This document shows positions 28,808-41,618 of a DNA stretch of 50,486 nucleotides, one piece after another. How positions within the stretch are numbered: the first letter of the stretch is position 1; each line of letters starts with the position of its first letter. This stretch comes from Candidatus Heimdallarchaeota archaeon (GTDB taxonomy: Archaea > Asgardarchaeota > Heimdallarchaeia > Heimdallarchaeales > Heimdallarchaeaceae): NCBI GenBank assembly GCA_016840095.1, contig JAEOSZ010000127.1, positions 1-50,486 of the forward strand. The letters are read 5' to 3'. The notes under the pieces are model-generated. The model made no database searches. It was not told the origin of the DNA and worked only from the letters and a program-made list of their open reading frames with translations. A program made the translations under genes and the position numbers.

Positions 28808-29815
28808 ATGGCAAAAAACGAGATTGAATTAGGAAGATGTTTAATAATTGGTGGAGCTGGAATGCTAGGGTTTGAGATTGTATCACAGCTTCATTTGGAA
28901 GGAAATCTTGTTAGAGTTCTAGATTTAGAACCAGTTAGCGTTAACGGTGTCGAATCAATAGTTGGAGATATTACAGATCAAGATGTAGTTGAAAAAGCAT
29001 GTGAAGGAATTGATACTGTCTTTCAAACAGCAGCTACAGTTTGGGACCCAAAAACACCAAAGCACATGTATGATGATGTCAATGTGGAAGGAAATAGGAA
29101 TGTGATAAACGCCTGTATAAAGCACAAAGTTCCAAGACTCATCTATACAAGCACCTTAGATGTTGTTGTTGAAGGGAAGAAACCTATCGTTTATGGTGAT
29201 GAAACGCTTCCATATCCAGCTAAAATGCCAAAAGACCATTATTCAAGAACTAAAATTATAGCAGAGAAAGAAACCATAGAAGTAAATGGAAAAAATGGAT
29301 TACTAACATGTTCACTACGACCTGTTGGTATGTATGGTCCAAGGGATAAGTATCATATTGCAAACATAATCAAAGTAGCTCAAAGCAAAAGTAATATCAA
29401 ATTAGGGAATGGAACTGCTTGTTTTAGTCACGTGTATTCAGAAAATGCTGCTTATGCTCATATTCTAGCTGCAAAAAATCTGTATCCAGGTTCAAAAGCT
29501 GCGGGAGAGTGTTATTTTATTGCGGATCATCAACCAGCTAATAATCTGTTCACTTTCATGGAACCATACCTTGAAGCGTTAGATTTACCCGTTCCACAGA
29601 AATCTATTCCTTATAAATTAGCATATATTTTGGCAATTTTCGTAGAAGTTTTTGCTCCAAAATCCAATTTTAATAGATTTGCAGTTATTCAAACCTGTGT
29701 AGATCACACCTTCGTTAGTGATAAAGCTGAACGTGATTTCGGATATAAACCTATAGTGTCAAAAGAAGAGGCATTCGAGAGAACAGTTCAATGGTTCAAA
29801 GAAAACCCATTGTGA
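28808..29815 (+). CDS. Extended SDR, 3-beta-hydroxysteroid dehydrogenase/NSDHL-like
   Basis: GGAGMLG, VNVEGNRNVINAC, IYTSTLDVV, YSRTK (YxxxK), LTCSLRPVGMYGPRD, AYAHILA, AERDFGYKP. Confidence 0.85.
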   Translation: MAKNEIELGRCLIIGGAGMLGFEIVSQLHLEGNLVRVLDLEPVSVNGVESIVGDITDQDVVEKACEGIDTVFQTAATVWDPKTPKHMYDDVNVEGNRNVINACIKHKVPRLIYTSTLDVVVEGKKPIVYGDETLPYPAKMPKDHYSRTKIIAEKETIEVNGKNGLLTCSLRPVGMYGPRDKYHIANIIKVAQSKSNIKLGNGTACFSHVYSENAAYAHILAAKNLYPGSKAAGECYFIADHQPANNLFTFMEPYLEALDLPVPQKSIPYKLAYILAIFVEVFAPKSNFNRFAVIQTCVDHTFVSDKAERDFGYKPIVSKEEAFERTVQWFKENPL

Positions 29816-29910
29816 AAGAAAGAATCTAATTAAATTCATTTTAAAAGATGTAAAAGACTTAAATATCAAGTATTTCAAACTAACAACTAACAACTTAATA
29901 GGTGTTATAA

Positions 29911-30312
29911 ATGGTTAAAATTGGAAAACTTATATCAAGACTAATTTTCTTAGGTCTTTTTGGATCGTGGTTTGTTTTCACTATTTGGGGAATTGCCAAA
30001 TGGAATAGCCTTCCAGCATTCTTATCACAAACCACTATCATAGCTTTACTTTATGTTCCATTGTTCATAGGAATGTTCATTCTATTTGTGATATTCAGTG
30101 TTCTAGGTTCATTAGGTGGAAAGAAGAAGAAAGACAAGAAAGAAGAAGAGACTGATTGGGCTAAGAAAATAGGTGGTTTCTTTAGTCAAAAAGGTGAAAC
30201 TGAAACTAAAATCGATGGGAAAGACATAGAAGCTATGATTCCTAAAGATGTAGTAGAAAAAATTACTAAATTCATCAAAGAAAAAGCTGAAGAAGCTGAA
30301 AAAAAGAGTTAA
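29911..30312 (+). CDS. Two-TM membrane protein with charged cytoplasmic tail
   Basis: Two hydrophobic segments followed by a K/E-rich tail. Confidence 0.72.
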   Translation: MVKIGKLISRLIFLGLFGSWFVFTIWGIAKWNSLPAFLSQTTIIALLYVPLFIGMFILFVIFSVLGSLGGKKKKDKKEEETDWAKKIGGFFSQKGETETKIDGKDIEAMIPKDVVEKITKFIKEKAEEAEKKS

Positions 30313-30354
30313 CGAAGTTTTAGAAATTCTTTAAAATGGTACAACCCATCTATC

Positions 30355-31983
30355 ATGAATATAATGGAGATACCAGCTGAGTTTGAAGAGAAACTCGATA
30401 ACTTAACTATAGAAAAAAGAGACTATCAGCTATCTGCAGTTAGTGAGATAATTGAGGTTCTTCCAGAAAAATCCATCTTGCTAAATTATCCTTATGGAAC
30501 TGGAAAAACAATTATCACTCTTTTATCATTTTTAGCAGTTAAAATGCAAAAAGAGAATGCAAAATTTATTTTTACATCAGCTCGAGAAGCAGCAGGTTTA
30601 CGTTGTCGTCAAGCCTTAGAGATGGGTAAGAAGTTTGGTTATATTGAAAATCTTGGTTACCTTTACGATCCCACAGGTAAAGGATTAAGTCTTAGACAGA
30701 AGAGTAAAATGTATGAAGCTTCTACAGTGATATTTTCTCCTATAACTGCTCTAATGAACGACTACTTCGAAATTAAAACCAAGTTAAAAATTAACATTCT
30801 AGAAAATATAGATATTTGCGTTATTGATGAAGCGACAGATATTCTGGCAAGAGATATGTCTGGTTTCAGATTAAGTAAGTATTTTGAAATGTTGTTTAAG
30901 GTAAGAGAAAAGGCTGATAAATTTCCAATATTAGGATTAACGGGAACAAGAGATGGTCAAAAAGCTAACGCCATTTTGCGATTACTAGGTAAAGAAACTT
31001 TGATGATGCAAAGGCTTGATCTCTCACCTTATGAAACCATTACTAAGATTCAAAAAATTCGAAGAGAGGACTATATCAAAATTGACAAGGAAATTTCTAC
31101 ACAATTAACCAAACCAGTTGAGACAATTCAAAAAACACTTGATAAGAATCTTTCAAGGTTAGAAATAATCAAATTGTCCTACAGTGGTGCATTAGAAAGA
31201 CTAGAAAGAATGAATAAATTTCCTGGAAAACTTGGTAAATATGAAGTTAAAGATGGAGATGCAAAAGATAATCTTATTGCAGCGTTTAGAAGACTTTTCA
31301 AACTGAGTCATGCCAGACTTTTATTATTGGAATCTACTCCAGGAGAATTCTTGAAATATGTTGAAAATGATGAAAACAAGGATATTTTCAGAAATATTCT
31401 AGAACCCAGTAAGGAACTAATCACATACAGAGTTGATTTACCAAAATATGAAAACCCTGAGGAAAAAGTTACTAGAGCATTAGTTCAGCCTAAGATATAT
31501 ACAGCGATTGATATTATACATGAACATCTCTTCAGAGGAGCACAAGTTCTTGTGTTTACAAGATATATTGCTCTAGGGAATTATCTTTCTAGATTGTTAA
31601 GTAATCTCGGATTTCCAGAAGTTAAGTATCTTTCAGGTCAAAGTTCAGAGGATACTCGTCGAATTGTTCTCAAAAATTTTGATGAAGGAAACGTGAATGT
31701 ACTTATTTTTACACCATTAGGAGGAAGAGGATTGAACCTTGAAGCAGCTGATGTTGTTATTCATTTAGATATAACAACAAATATCGATGATATGATTCAG
31801 AGAAGAGAGAGAGCAAGAGGTTGTATAGAGTATGTTCTTGTTTTGGAAGAAACAAGTGAAGAAGGAAAAATCAAGGATTACAAGAAATTAATTGGACAAG
31901 ATGATGAGGAGGAAGGAGAAAAGGAAACAGAAGAAGTGCCAGAACAAGAGCACGGAGAGGAAGTACTACCTCCAGAAGAATAA
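30355..31983 (+). CDS. Divergent Hef/Mph1/FANCM-like SF2 helicase without nuclease domain
   Basis: RDYQ, PYGTGKT, DEAT, ILGLTGT, KLSHARLLLE, QPKI, VFTRY, GGRGLNL, IQRRERAR. Confidence 0.8.
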   Translation: MNIMEIPAEFEEKLDNLTIEKRDYQLSAVSEIIEVLPEKSILLNYPYGTGKTIITLLSFLAVKMQKENAKFIFTSAREAAGLRCRQALEMGKKFGYIENLGYLYDPTGKGLSLRQKSKMYEASTVIFSPITALMNDYFEIKTKLKINILENIDICVIDEATDILARDMSGFRLSKYFEMLFKVREKADKFPILGLTGTRDGQKANAILRLLGKETLMMQRLDLSPYETITKIQKIRREDYIKIDKEISTQLTKPVETIQKTLDKNLSRLEIIKLSYSGALERLERMNKFPGKLGKYEVKDGDAKDNLIAAFRRLFKLSHARLLLLESTPGEFLKYVENDENKDIFRNILEPSKELITYRVDLPKYENPEEKVTRALVQPKIYTAIDIIHEHLFRGAQVLVFTRYIALGNYLSRLLSNLGFPEVKYLSGQSSEDTRRIVLKNFDEGNVNVLIFTPLGGRGLNLEAADVVIHLDITTNIDDMIQRRERARGCIEYVLVLEETSEEGKIKDYKKLIGQDDEEEGEKETEEVPEQEHGEEVLPPEE

Positions 31984-32026
31984 ACAATAATGGGTGTCCA
32001 TGATTCAAAGGAAATGCTGATGTTAT

Positions 32027-32821
32027 ATGACAGTAATCGAACTTACTCCTTCAGTATTTATTTATCAAGATGACAACTACTACTTAGTGAATAGCTGTTG
32101 TGTAATTCTCAACTCAGAGCTAATTTTCATCGATACAGGCTTAAATGATGCTGTTGCAAAGAAATTCGTCAACAAAATGAAAAATAAAACAGGTATAAAG
32201 GATATAAAATTAGTATTAACTCATGCCCATGGAGACCATATAGGTGGGATGAGACCATTTGAAAGATGCCAAATAATAGTATCACAACATTTCCGTTCGT
32301 CATTGAACGAAAATATGTTGAGATATGGATGGGGAGAAAAACGCAAGAAATACTATAATTCATTAAATCTAGATATTCTGGAAAAGCAGAAAACTATTGG
32401 TGATGAAGACAACCAGATTCTCTTCAAACAAATAGGTGGTCATAGCCTTGAATCGATTTATGGATATTATCCAAAGGATAAGATTTTGATTGCAGGAGAT
32501 AATTTGATAAGTAAGATGCCTCAATATTTTCCATTTAGAAACACTAACCTTGATGATTGGATTAGCGGTTTACAAGAATGGGAGAAAATGGATATTGAAT
32601 GGGTTGTTGTTGGTCATGGAGATGTTGTAAAGAAGGATCATATAACAAGAGTGAGAGAGTTCTTTGAAGAACTGGTTCTTTTCCTTGAGCATTCTGCTTC
32701 AGAAAAATTATCTGTCGAGCAGGTATTATCTCATGAAAATTGCCCCACCTACTTTGAAGAGGATCCTGAAAATTGGACTACTATGGGGATTGAAGCATAT
32801 TACACTCGAATGATCGAATAG
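32027..32821 (+). CDS. Metallo-beta-lactamase-fold hydrolase
   Basis: IDTG, THAHGDHIGG, GGHS, AGDN, VVGHG. Confidence 0.9.
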   Translation: MTVIELTPSVFIYQDDNYYLVNSCCVILNSELIFIDTGLNDAVAKKFVNKMKNKTGIKDIKLVLTHAHGDHIGGMRPFERCQIIVSQHFRSSLNENMLRYGWGEKRKKYYNSLNLDILEKQKTIGDEDNQILFKQIGGHSLESIYGYYPKDKILIAGDNLISKMPQYFPFRNTNLDDWISGLQEWEKMDIEWVVVGHGDVVKKDHITRVREFFEELVLFLEHSASEKLSVEQVLSHENCPTYFEEDPENWTTMGIEAYYTRMIE

Positions 32822-32929
32822 ATAGATTTTTTCAATAACAATCTGATAAAAAAGAAGAAGAGAACAATCCCCCTCCCGGTTTGGTTTGCTTAATTTAAGA
32901 TCATCAGCGATTACTCGCGTCCGCGTAAT

Positions 32930-33826
32930 TCATTTGAGATATTTCTCAAATAGGGAAGCACTAGGTTGCCCATACTTGAAGTTAAGTTCATCAAAGTGTT
33001 CCCTGAGTTTCAAACGACCTCTATATAGCCATATAAAGAAAGTTTCAATATTTTGCGCTTTTCCAATTTCTTTAACTTTAACTGCAAGATTCTTTAGATA
33101 ATCAGTTTCTGTAACATAGGTAAAAGCTAGATTAGCTGTATTAGGTTTGATTTCATTTCTATAGATGAGTGTTGTACCGACAATTTTTCCATCTTCTTCA
33201 ATGACTAAATGAGCAACGATATTGTCGCTTTCTTTTTCAAGTTCATTAACAAGATTTTCTAGTCTCTCATCGGGGAGCTCATCATATTCTTTAACAAGTG
33301 CAAGCCATTTCTCTAGATCGATTTCTTTGTCAAAATTTCTAACTTCAGCAGTTTCTAAATTGGCTTTTATCTCTGTACCATTTAGAATGAAAACTATATT
33401 ATCCAAATCCTCAACATATTTGTATTCCCACTTGTGAGCTAAATCATAGTTATTTCCAGATAGAGCAGAGACATAAGTCTCAACAACTTCAATATCCTTC
33501 TTTTTCAGAACATCAAGTGCTCTACCAAGAAGTAAATTGGTAGCATCTTCATGTTCAGGAAGGATAGAAGGGAAAACGAGACTAGCTCGTTTTCTTCCAT
33601 CTTCTTTGGGCTCTATGACTTTCGAGGTGAGAAAACCAACCATCTTTCCATCCTTGAAACAATAGTGACGTGTCTCAGGATCGAAGTCAGGTCGGGAATA
33701 AACTTCACGGAGTACTGTAGATGGAGTTTGGTGAGCAAAACTCCAGGTACTAGCCACCTCATAACCCACTTTCGCTTGTTCTTCCTCAAAACCCTTCTCA
33801 TAACTCTTAAGGGTATAGCCTTCCAT
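32930..33826 (-). CDS. Tandem GNAT-fold acetyltransferase-like protein
   Basis: Two repeats with KDGKMVGF and EDGKIVGT strands; C-terminal FDELNF. Confidence 0.6.
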   Translation of the reverse strand: MEGYTLKSYEKGFEEEQAKVGYEVASTWSFAHQTPSTVLREVYSRPDFDPETRHYCFKDGKMVGFLTSKVIEPKEDGRKRASLVFPSILPEHEDATNLLLGRALDVLKKKDIEVVETYVSALSGNNYDLAHKWEYKYVEDLDNIVFILNGTEIKANLETAEVRNFDKEIDLEKWLALVKEYDELPDERLENLVNELEKESDNIVAHLVIEEDGKIVGTTLIYRNEIKPNTANLAFTYVTETDYLKNLAVKVKEIGKAQNIETFFIWLYRGRLKLREHFDELNFKYGQPSASLFEKYLK

Positions 33827-33977
33827 ACAACTAGCCAAGTAAAGACATTTATAAGTTTTCTCATCGATTGAGAATGTCTTCCCTTTCTATTATCTGTCCA
33901 TCTCTACTTTAGAGAATTTAACCTTGTTAAAAAGAATTTAAATCAATTTAATGGTAAAACAAAAGAACTAGATTGTA

Positions 33978-34484
33978 GTGTATCACCTAATGAGTCATAA
34001 ATTAGTTAGAGAGATTTTTCAAATTTTAAGACTAAATCAGGGAACATTGTCACTTGCTGAATCTTGCACAGGAGGATATATTTCACACATTATTACAAAC
34101 ATTGAAGGGAGTTCAGAGTTTTTTAAAGGGGGTTTCGTAACATACAGCCTTGATTCTAAATTTCGAGATCTTGGAATTGATCAAACAACCTATCAGCAGT
34201 ATGGAGTCTATTCCAAAGAAATGGCAGAGGCTATGTCTGTATCTATTAAACAAATTTTTGGAACTACTCTTGGAATCTCAACTACAGGTTTAGCTCCACC
34301 TGGAGAAGACAACTCTTCTGAAGAAGTTGGAAAGATATGTATAGGTATTGCTTCAGATCAACGAGTAATCAGTAAAACTGTAATAATCGATACAGATAAT
34401 CGTCAAGATTTTAAAGAAAAAGCTTCGAAATTTGTCCTAGATTTCCTTAAAGAAGAATTTCAGAAACTAGTGTTTAAGCCTTGA
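33978..34484 (+). CDS. CinA C-terminal/PncC nicotinamide-nucleotide amidohydrolase
   Basis: SLAESCTGG, GSSEFFKGGFVTYSLDSK, GVYSKEMAEAM, STTGLAPP. Confidence 0.9.
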   Translation: MYHLMSHKLVREIFQILRLNQGTLSLAESCTGGYISHIITNIEGSSEFFKGGFVTYSLDSKFRDLGIDQTTYQQYGVYSKEMAEAMSVSIKQIFGTTLGISTTGLAPPGEDNSSEEVGKICIGIASDQRVISKTVIIDTDNRQDFKEKASKFVLDFLKEEFQKLVFKP

Positions 34485-34492
34485 TAACAAAA

Positions 34493-34609
34493 ATGAAACA
34501 GAGTTTTTTATCTATAGAAGGAGGTTTAATTGTAGCTCAAGGAGCCCCAGAGGAGTTAGTTAAAGTAGAAGAATCATATACAGGGCAGTTTCTAAAAAAA
34601 CTGCTCTAA
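34493..34609 (+). pseudogene. 38-codon remnant resembling the extreme C-terminus of UvrA
   Basis: Manual translation MKQSFLSIEGGLIVAQGAPEELVKVEESYTGQFLKKLL*; the UvrA C-terminal consensus is GGxIVAxGTPEEVxxxxxSYTGxYLK. Confidence 0.72.
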
Positions 34610-34674
34610 CTTTTTTATGATTCTTTTCGTATTATTTTCGTAATTTTCTACTAAAAATACATTAAAATAAGAAA

Positions 34675-34700
34675 TAAAAAGAAAAAGTGATTCCTCACTT
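34675..34700 (-). terminator. GNRA-loop hairpin plus U-tract after the FAD oxidoreductase gene
   Basis: Minus strand AAGTGA-GGAA-TCACTT-TTTCTTTTT. Confidence 0.55.
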
Positions 34701-36330
34701 AGTTAAACATATTCCCTTTACAGAAAAGTGTGAAAGGATCTAATGCGTTTTTAACAGAACGCATCTGATTAACACCATCTTCACCATACATTACAACTAA
34801 ATATTCAGCTTTGATTTTTCCAATTCCATGTTCAGCTGAAACTGAGCCACCAAATTCTACAGCCTTCTTTGCAAATTTTTTGTAAAGTTCCTTTCCTAGT
34901 GCTAATTCGTCAAGATTTCTAGGAAGTATGTTAACATGGACATGGGAGTCACCTATATGACCCCAAGTGGCACTTTCAAGATTGTGTTCTTCTAAGGATT
35001 CTCTATAGAGATTCATCATCTCTCTGAAATGTTCATGTTCAACTGACATATCTGTTCCAAGTTTATGTATTCCAGGATATTCGTTCTTTCTTTTTGCGAT
35101 TATTCCATTAACAGTTTCAGGAACTGCATGACGCATAATTCTCAGATTTTCACGCTCAACTTCATCAAAAGCTGACCAACAGGATTCGATAGAGGAATTA
35201 CATTCTTCAGCTATTTCTTCAAGTCTCATTATTACCTCTTCTAGAGTTTCATCAGAACTGACTACTTCGAAGAAAACTGCTGTTTTAATCTCAGGAGGTA
35301 AAGTCTTTAGGTTTGCAAGTGCAGGGTTTGTATCACTTTTACTTTTGAGTAAATTGAAGGAATGTTCATCGAAATATTCCATATATTCAACATCTAATTC
35401 TTCGTCAACTCTAAGCTTTTCAACAAAGGTTATTGCATCAGCTTCTGAGATAAAGAACATTACAGTGGGTAATCCTTCAACTGTAGGAATTATCCACAAA
35501 TCAACCTCTGTGATAAAACCTAGCATGCCTTCGGTTCCTATAAAAAGTTCAATTATATCCATTTCAGGTTCTGAATAAAAGCCTGCAGCATTTTTTGCTT
35601 TTGGCATTTGATATGTTGGAATATTCACTTCTAGTTTCTTATCACTTGTTTCGATGACAAATTTACCATTTTCAGCATTACACTGCCCTCTGGTCATATC
35701 AAGAACTTCACCATTAGCTAAAACAACTCTCATACGTTTAACCCATGGTCTCATTGGACCATACTTAAAGGATCTAGCTCCAGAAGCATTAGCAGCTATT
35801 GCACCTCCTACTGCAGCTGACATCTCAGTTGGATCAACAGCAAACATGTATGATTTTGGATCTTGTTTGAACTTAGTGACCCAGTTTGCAGCTCCAATAT
35901 TCTGTTCTTCGGAGAACTCTTTGTGTTTAATAACATCTTCCAAAGTATCCAGAGTTATCCCGGGTTGAACTCTTACAAAATATTGTTCCTTAGTTTCATC
36001 ATATCCAAAACCAACAACACTAGTCATTTCATCTGTTGAAACAACTGCTCCACCAAAGGGAACAGCACCACCTACAATTCCAGTTCTTCCTCCAGAAATT
36101 GTCATAGATACTTCTTGTTCCTTCATCTTATTTACTATAGAAATAACATCAGACTCATTCTTAGGAAAGAATAATAATTCAGCAGATCCACCTGCCATCT
36201 TTGATTCATCAATTATATAATCGGGATGTTTTGAAGAAATTGTGTCAGCTCCTTCGACCTTGCTAATTGAATCGTAAGGACTGCCTTCTACTTTCTTAGT
36301 TTTAATTTCGTTTGTACTCAAATGTGTCAC
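34699..36330 (-). CDS. FAD-binding oxidoreductase, D-lactate dehydrogenase/GlcD family
   Basis: GGRTGIVGGAVP, VDPTE, GGAIAANASG, GTEGMLG, GHIGDSHVHVN, SAEHGIGK. Confidence 0.9.
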   Translation of the reverse strand: MTHLSTNEIKTKKVEGSPYDSISKVEGADTISSKHPDYIIDESKMAGGSAELLFFPKNESDVISIVNKMKEQEVSMTISGGRTGIVGGAVPFGGAVVSTDEMTSVVGFGYDETKEQYFVRVQPGITLDTLEDVIKHKEFSEEQNIGAANWVTKFKQDPKSYMFAVDPTEMSAAVGGAIAANASGARSFKYGPMRPWVKRMRVVLANGEVLDMTRGQCNAENGKFVIETSDKKLEVNIPTYQMPKAKNAAGFYSEPEMDIIELFIGTEGMLGFITEVDLWIIPTVEGLPTVMFFISEADAITFVEKLRVDEELDVEYMEYFDEHSFNLLKSKSDTNPALANLKTLPPEIKTAVFFEVVSSDETLEEVIMRLEEIAEECNSSIESCWSAFDEVERENLRIMRHAVPETVNGIIAKRKNEYPGIHKLGTDMSVEHEHFREMMNLYRESLEEHNLESATWGHIGDSHVHVNILPRNLDELALGKELYKKFAKKAVEFGGSVSAEHGIGKIKAEYLVVMYGEDGVNQMRSVKNALDPFTLFCKGNMFN

Positions 36331-36404
36331 AACCGTTCACATTATTTTGACCATTTCAACAGAAAAAGCATAAAAACCTTCACATTCTTTTAAAAATTGA
36401 GAAT

Positions 36405-37520
36405 ATGTCACCAAAGGAATTATCAAAACAAGAAGCAATAGATTTAGTTACAGGAGCTAAGATTTTGGCTTGTGGAGGAGGAGGAAGTGAGTTAAATGCT
36501 TTGAAAAATATCAACAGGGTCTATGATAAAGGCTCTAACTTTTCTATTTCAGATTTAAATGACTTCAAACAAGATGAGAGTATTTGTATAATAGGCATGG
36601 TAGGTGGAGGAATAACAGAGCAAGATAAACTGTTGGTTAAGGATCGAGAAATCGTTCAAAAAAAACCTATGGTTGCAGCAGTAAAAGAGTTGGAAGAGTT
36701 TCTAGGTATTGAATTCTGTGCTTTTGTTGCTACAGAACTTGGTCCAAATAATAGTATTGTACCTATGATGGTTGCAACAGAAATGGGAAGAACAGCTATT
36801 AATGGAGATTGTTGTGGTAGAAGTAAACCTATGATTTCGATCAGTACAACAAGAGTTGCTGGAATTCCTATAGCTCCATTTTCAATTGTAAACCAGTATG
36901 GTGATGTCCAAATAATCAAAAAAACTGTTGATGATGTAAGAGGAGAGCAGATTGCTAGAACTGCATCGAGAATATCAGGAGGTTCAGTAAGTGTTGCTAG
37001 GTGTCCTATGACAATACTAGAAGCACAAAAAGCTGTTATCCCAAAAACTTACTCGGTAGCCATCAAATTAGGAAAAGAAGTTAGAGAAGCAAATGAGAAC
37101 GGAAATAACCCAATTTATTCAATTAAGAGAACATTACCAAACATGAAACATGTTTTTTCAGGTAAAGTCAAACAGTTTTCAAGAATCGAAGAAGGTGGTT
37201 TCACATCAGGTGAGATATCAGCTGTTTCATTAGATAATGCTGGAGATATCTTGAGAATCTGGTATCAGAATGAGTATCTACTATCTTGGAGGAACAATAA
37301 ACCATATGTAACTTGCCCGGATGGGTTCTACATTGTTGATACTCAAACAGGATATGGACTTACTCCATGGGAAAATGATTACTACGAAAACAGAGAAATT
37401 TCAATTTTTATTCAAGATGCACCTGAGATCTGGATTTCTCAAAAAGGACTGAGTATCTTTGGTCCAAAAGTATTTGATAATCAGTGGAATGAATACAAAG
37501 AAGCTAGCTCTTTTCAGTAA
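36405..37520 (+). CDS. DUF917 family protein
   Basis: GAKILACGGGG, ELGPNNS, GDCCGRSKP, QNEYL, CPD. Confidence 0.82.
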   Translation: MSPKELSKQEAIDLVTGAKILACGGGGSELNALKNINRVYDKGSNFSISDLNDFKQDESICIIGMVGGGITEQDKLLVKDREIVQKKPMVAAVKELEEFLGIEFCAFVATELGPNNSIVPMMVATEMGRTAINGDCCGRSKPMISISTTRVAGIPIAPFSIVNQYGDVQIIKKTVDDVRGEQIARTASRISGGSVSVARCPMTILEAQKAVIPKTYSVAIKLGKEVREANENGNNPIYSIKRTLPNMKHVFSGKVKQFSRIEEGGFTSGEISAVSLDNAGDILRIWYQNEYLLSWRNNKPYVTCPDGFYIVDTQTGYGLTPWENDYYENREISIFIQDAPEIWISQKGLSIFGPKVFDNQWNEYKEASSFQ

Positions 37521-37699
37521 ATTCCTATGAATCAATAAAATTGAATATTATCTCAATCGGCATATTTTTTTTAGGAGGTTTCAAAGAAAATTTGAATTGC
37601 CAAATCTTTGGTTTTGAATTCACCACAAAGAAATTTAGCTATTTGATCTTGATTTGTGCAGCGATATACTTATTAGTTGAATTTTCTTATAAATTTACG

Positions 37700-38287
37700 A
37701 TGAATAGAAGTAGAAATTTTAAATTATTTTTGATAATAATGACTACTTTGTTTATAACAATATATACAACTCCAGTAGTAATTGGAGCAGTTGATTATGG
37801 AGTCGCAGGTGTTTTTACAACTCCAATTATCCCACAAGAGAATCAATACCTTGATTTTTATATAGACATTTATGATTGGAGTAATATCTCTCAAGTCAAA
37901 TTATTGATTTGTACCCTAAGTCCACAATTCTTATGCGAACCACAGCCTAGACTCATGATTATGAATGACAATAGCGACTGGGAATACCGTATGCTTTTGG
38001 ATACATATCAGAATGGAACACATCTAGGTTACCACATTCAGATTGTATATGATAATGCCAGTTCACAAATAATTCCTGATAGAGCAGATTTTCTAGATTC
38101 ATCAAGCATCGTTGAACCTATTACTGACGAATTTTTCTTTAGTGCAGGAATAATTGGTAAAAATAGTACAACTCCTTCTCCAACAACTACAGAGACTAGT
38201 AGTTTAGGAGTAATTGCAGTAAGTATATCATTAATATTAGCTGTTTACACTCTTAAGCTAAAGAGGAAAAGAAACAAAAAGAAATAA
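37700..38287 (+). CDS. Secreted/surface protein with C-terminal anchor (Thr-rich linker, TM, basic tail)
   Basis: Signal-peptide-like MNRSRNFKLFLII...; ends TTPSPTTTETSSLG-TM-KLKRKRNKKK; NxS/T sequons. ATG 37700 is preferred to TTG 37541. Confidence 0.75.
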   Translation: MNRSRNFKLFLIIMTTLFITIYTTPVVIGAVDYGVAGVFTTPIIPQENQYLDFYIDIYDWSNISQVKLLICTLSPQFLCEPQPRLMIMNDNSDWEYRMLLDTYQNGTHLGYHIQIVYDNASSQIIPDRADFLDSSSIVEPITDEFFFSAGIIGKNSTTPSPTTTETSSLGVIAVSISLILAVYTLKLKRKRNKKK

Positions 38288-38438
38288 ATCAACAATAAAA
38301 CTACTAAGAGTTATTCTCTTTTCCTTAGTATCTCTAATTTGAAAATCTTTGCCTTTTTCCCCAATTCTAAGACACATTTAGTTGACCTTTAGAGAGTTAC
38401 AAGTTAAATAGGAGTTTAATAGCCTACTTTAGTCAATT

Positions 38439-41618
<3,180 letters not shown>

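Noticed and set aside
32880-32925. CTGATGA on the minus strand suggesting a hammerhead ribozyme or C/D box sRNA
   Set aside because: There is no GAAA after stem II, no NUH cleavage site and no properly spaced terminal D box.
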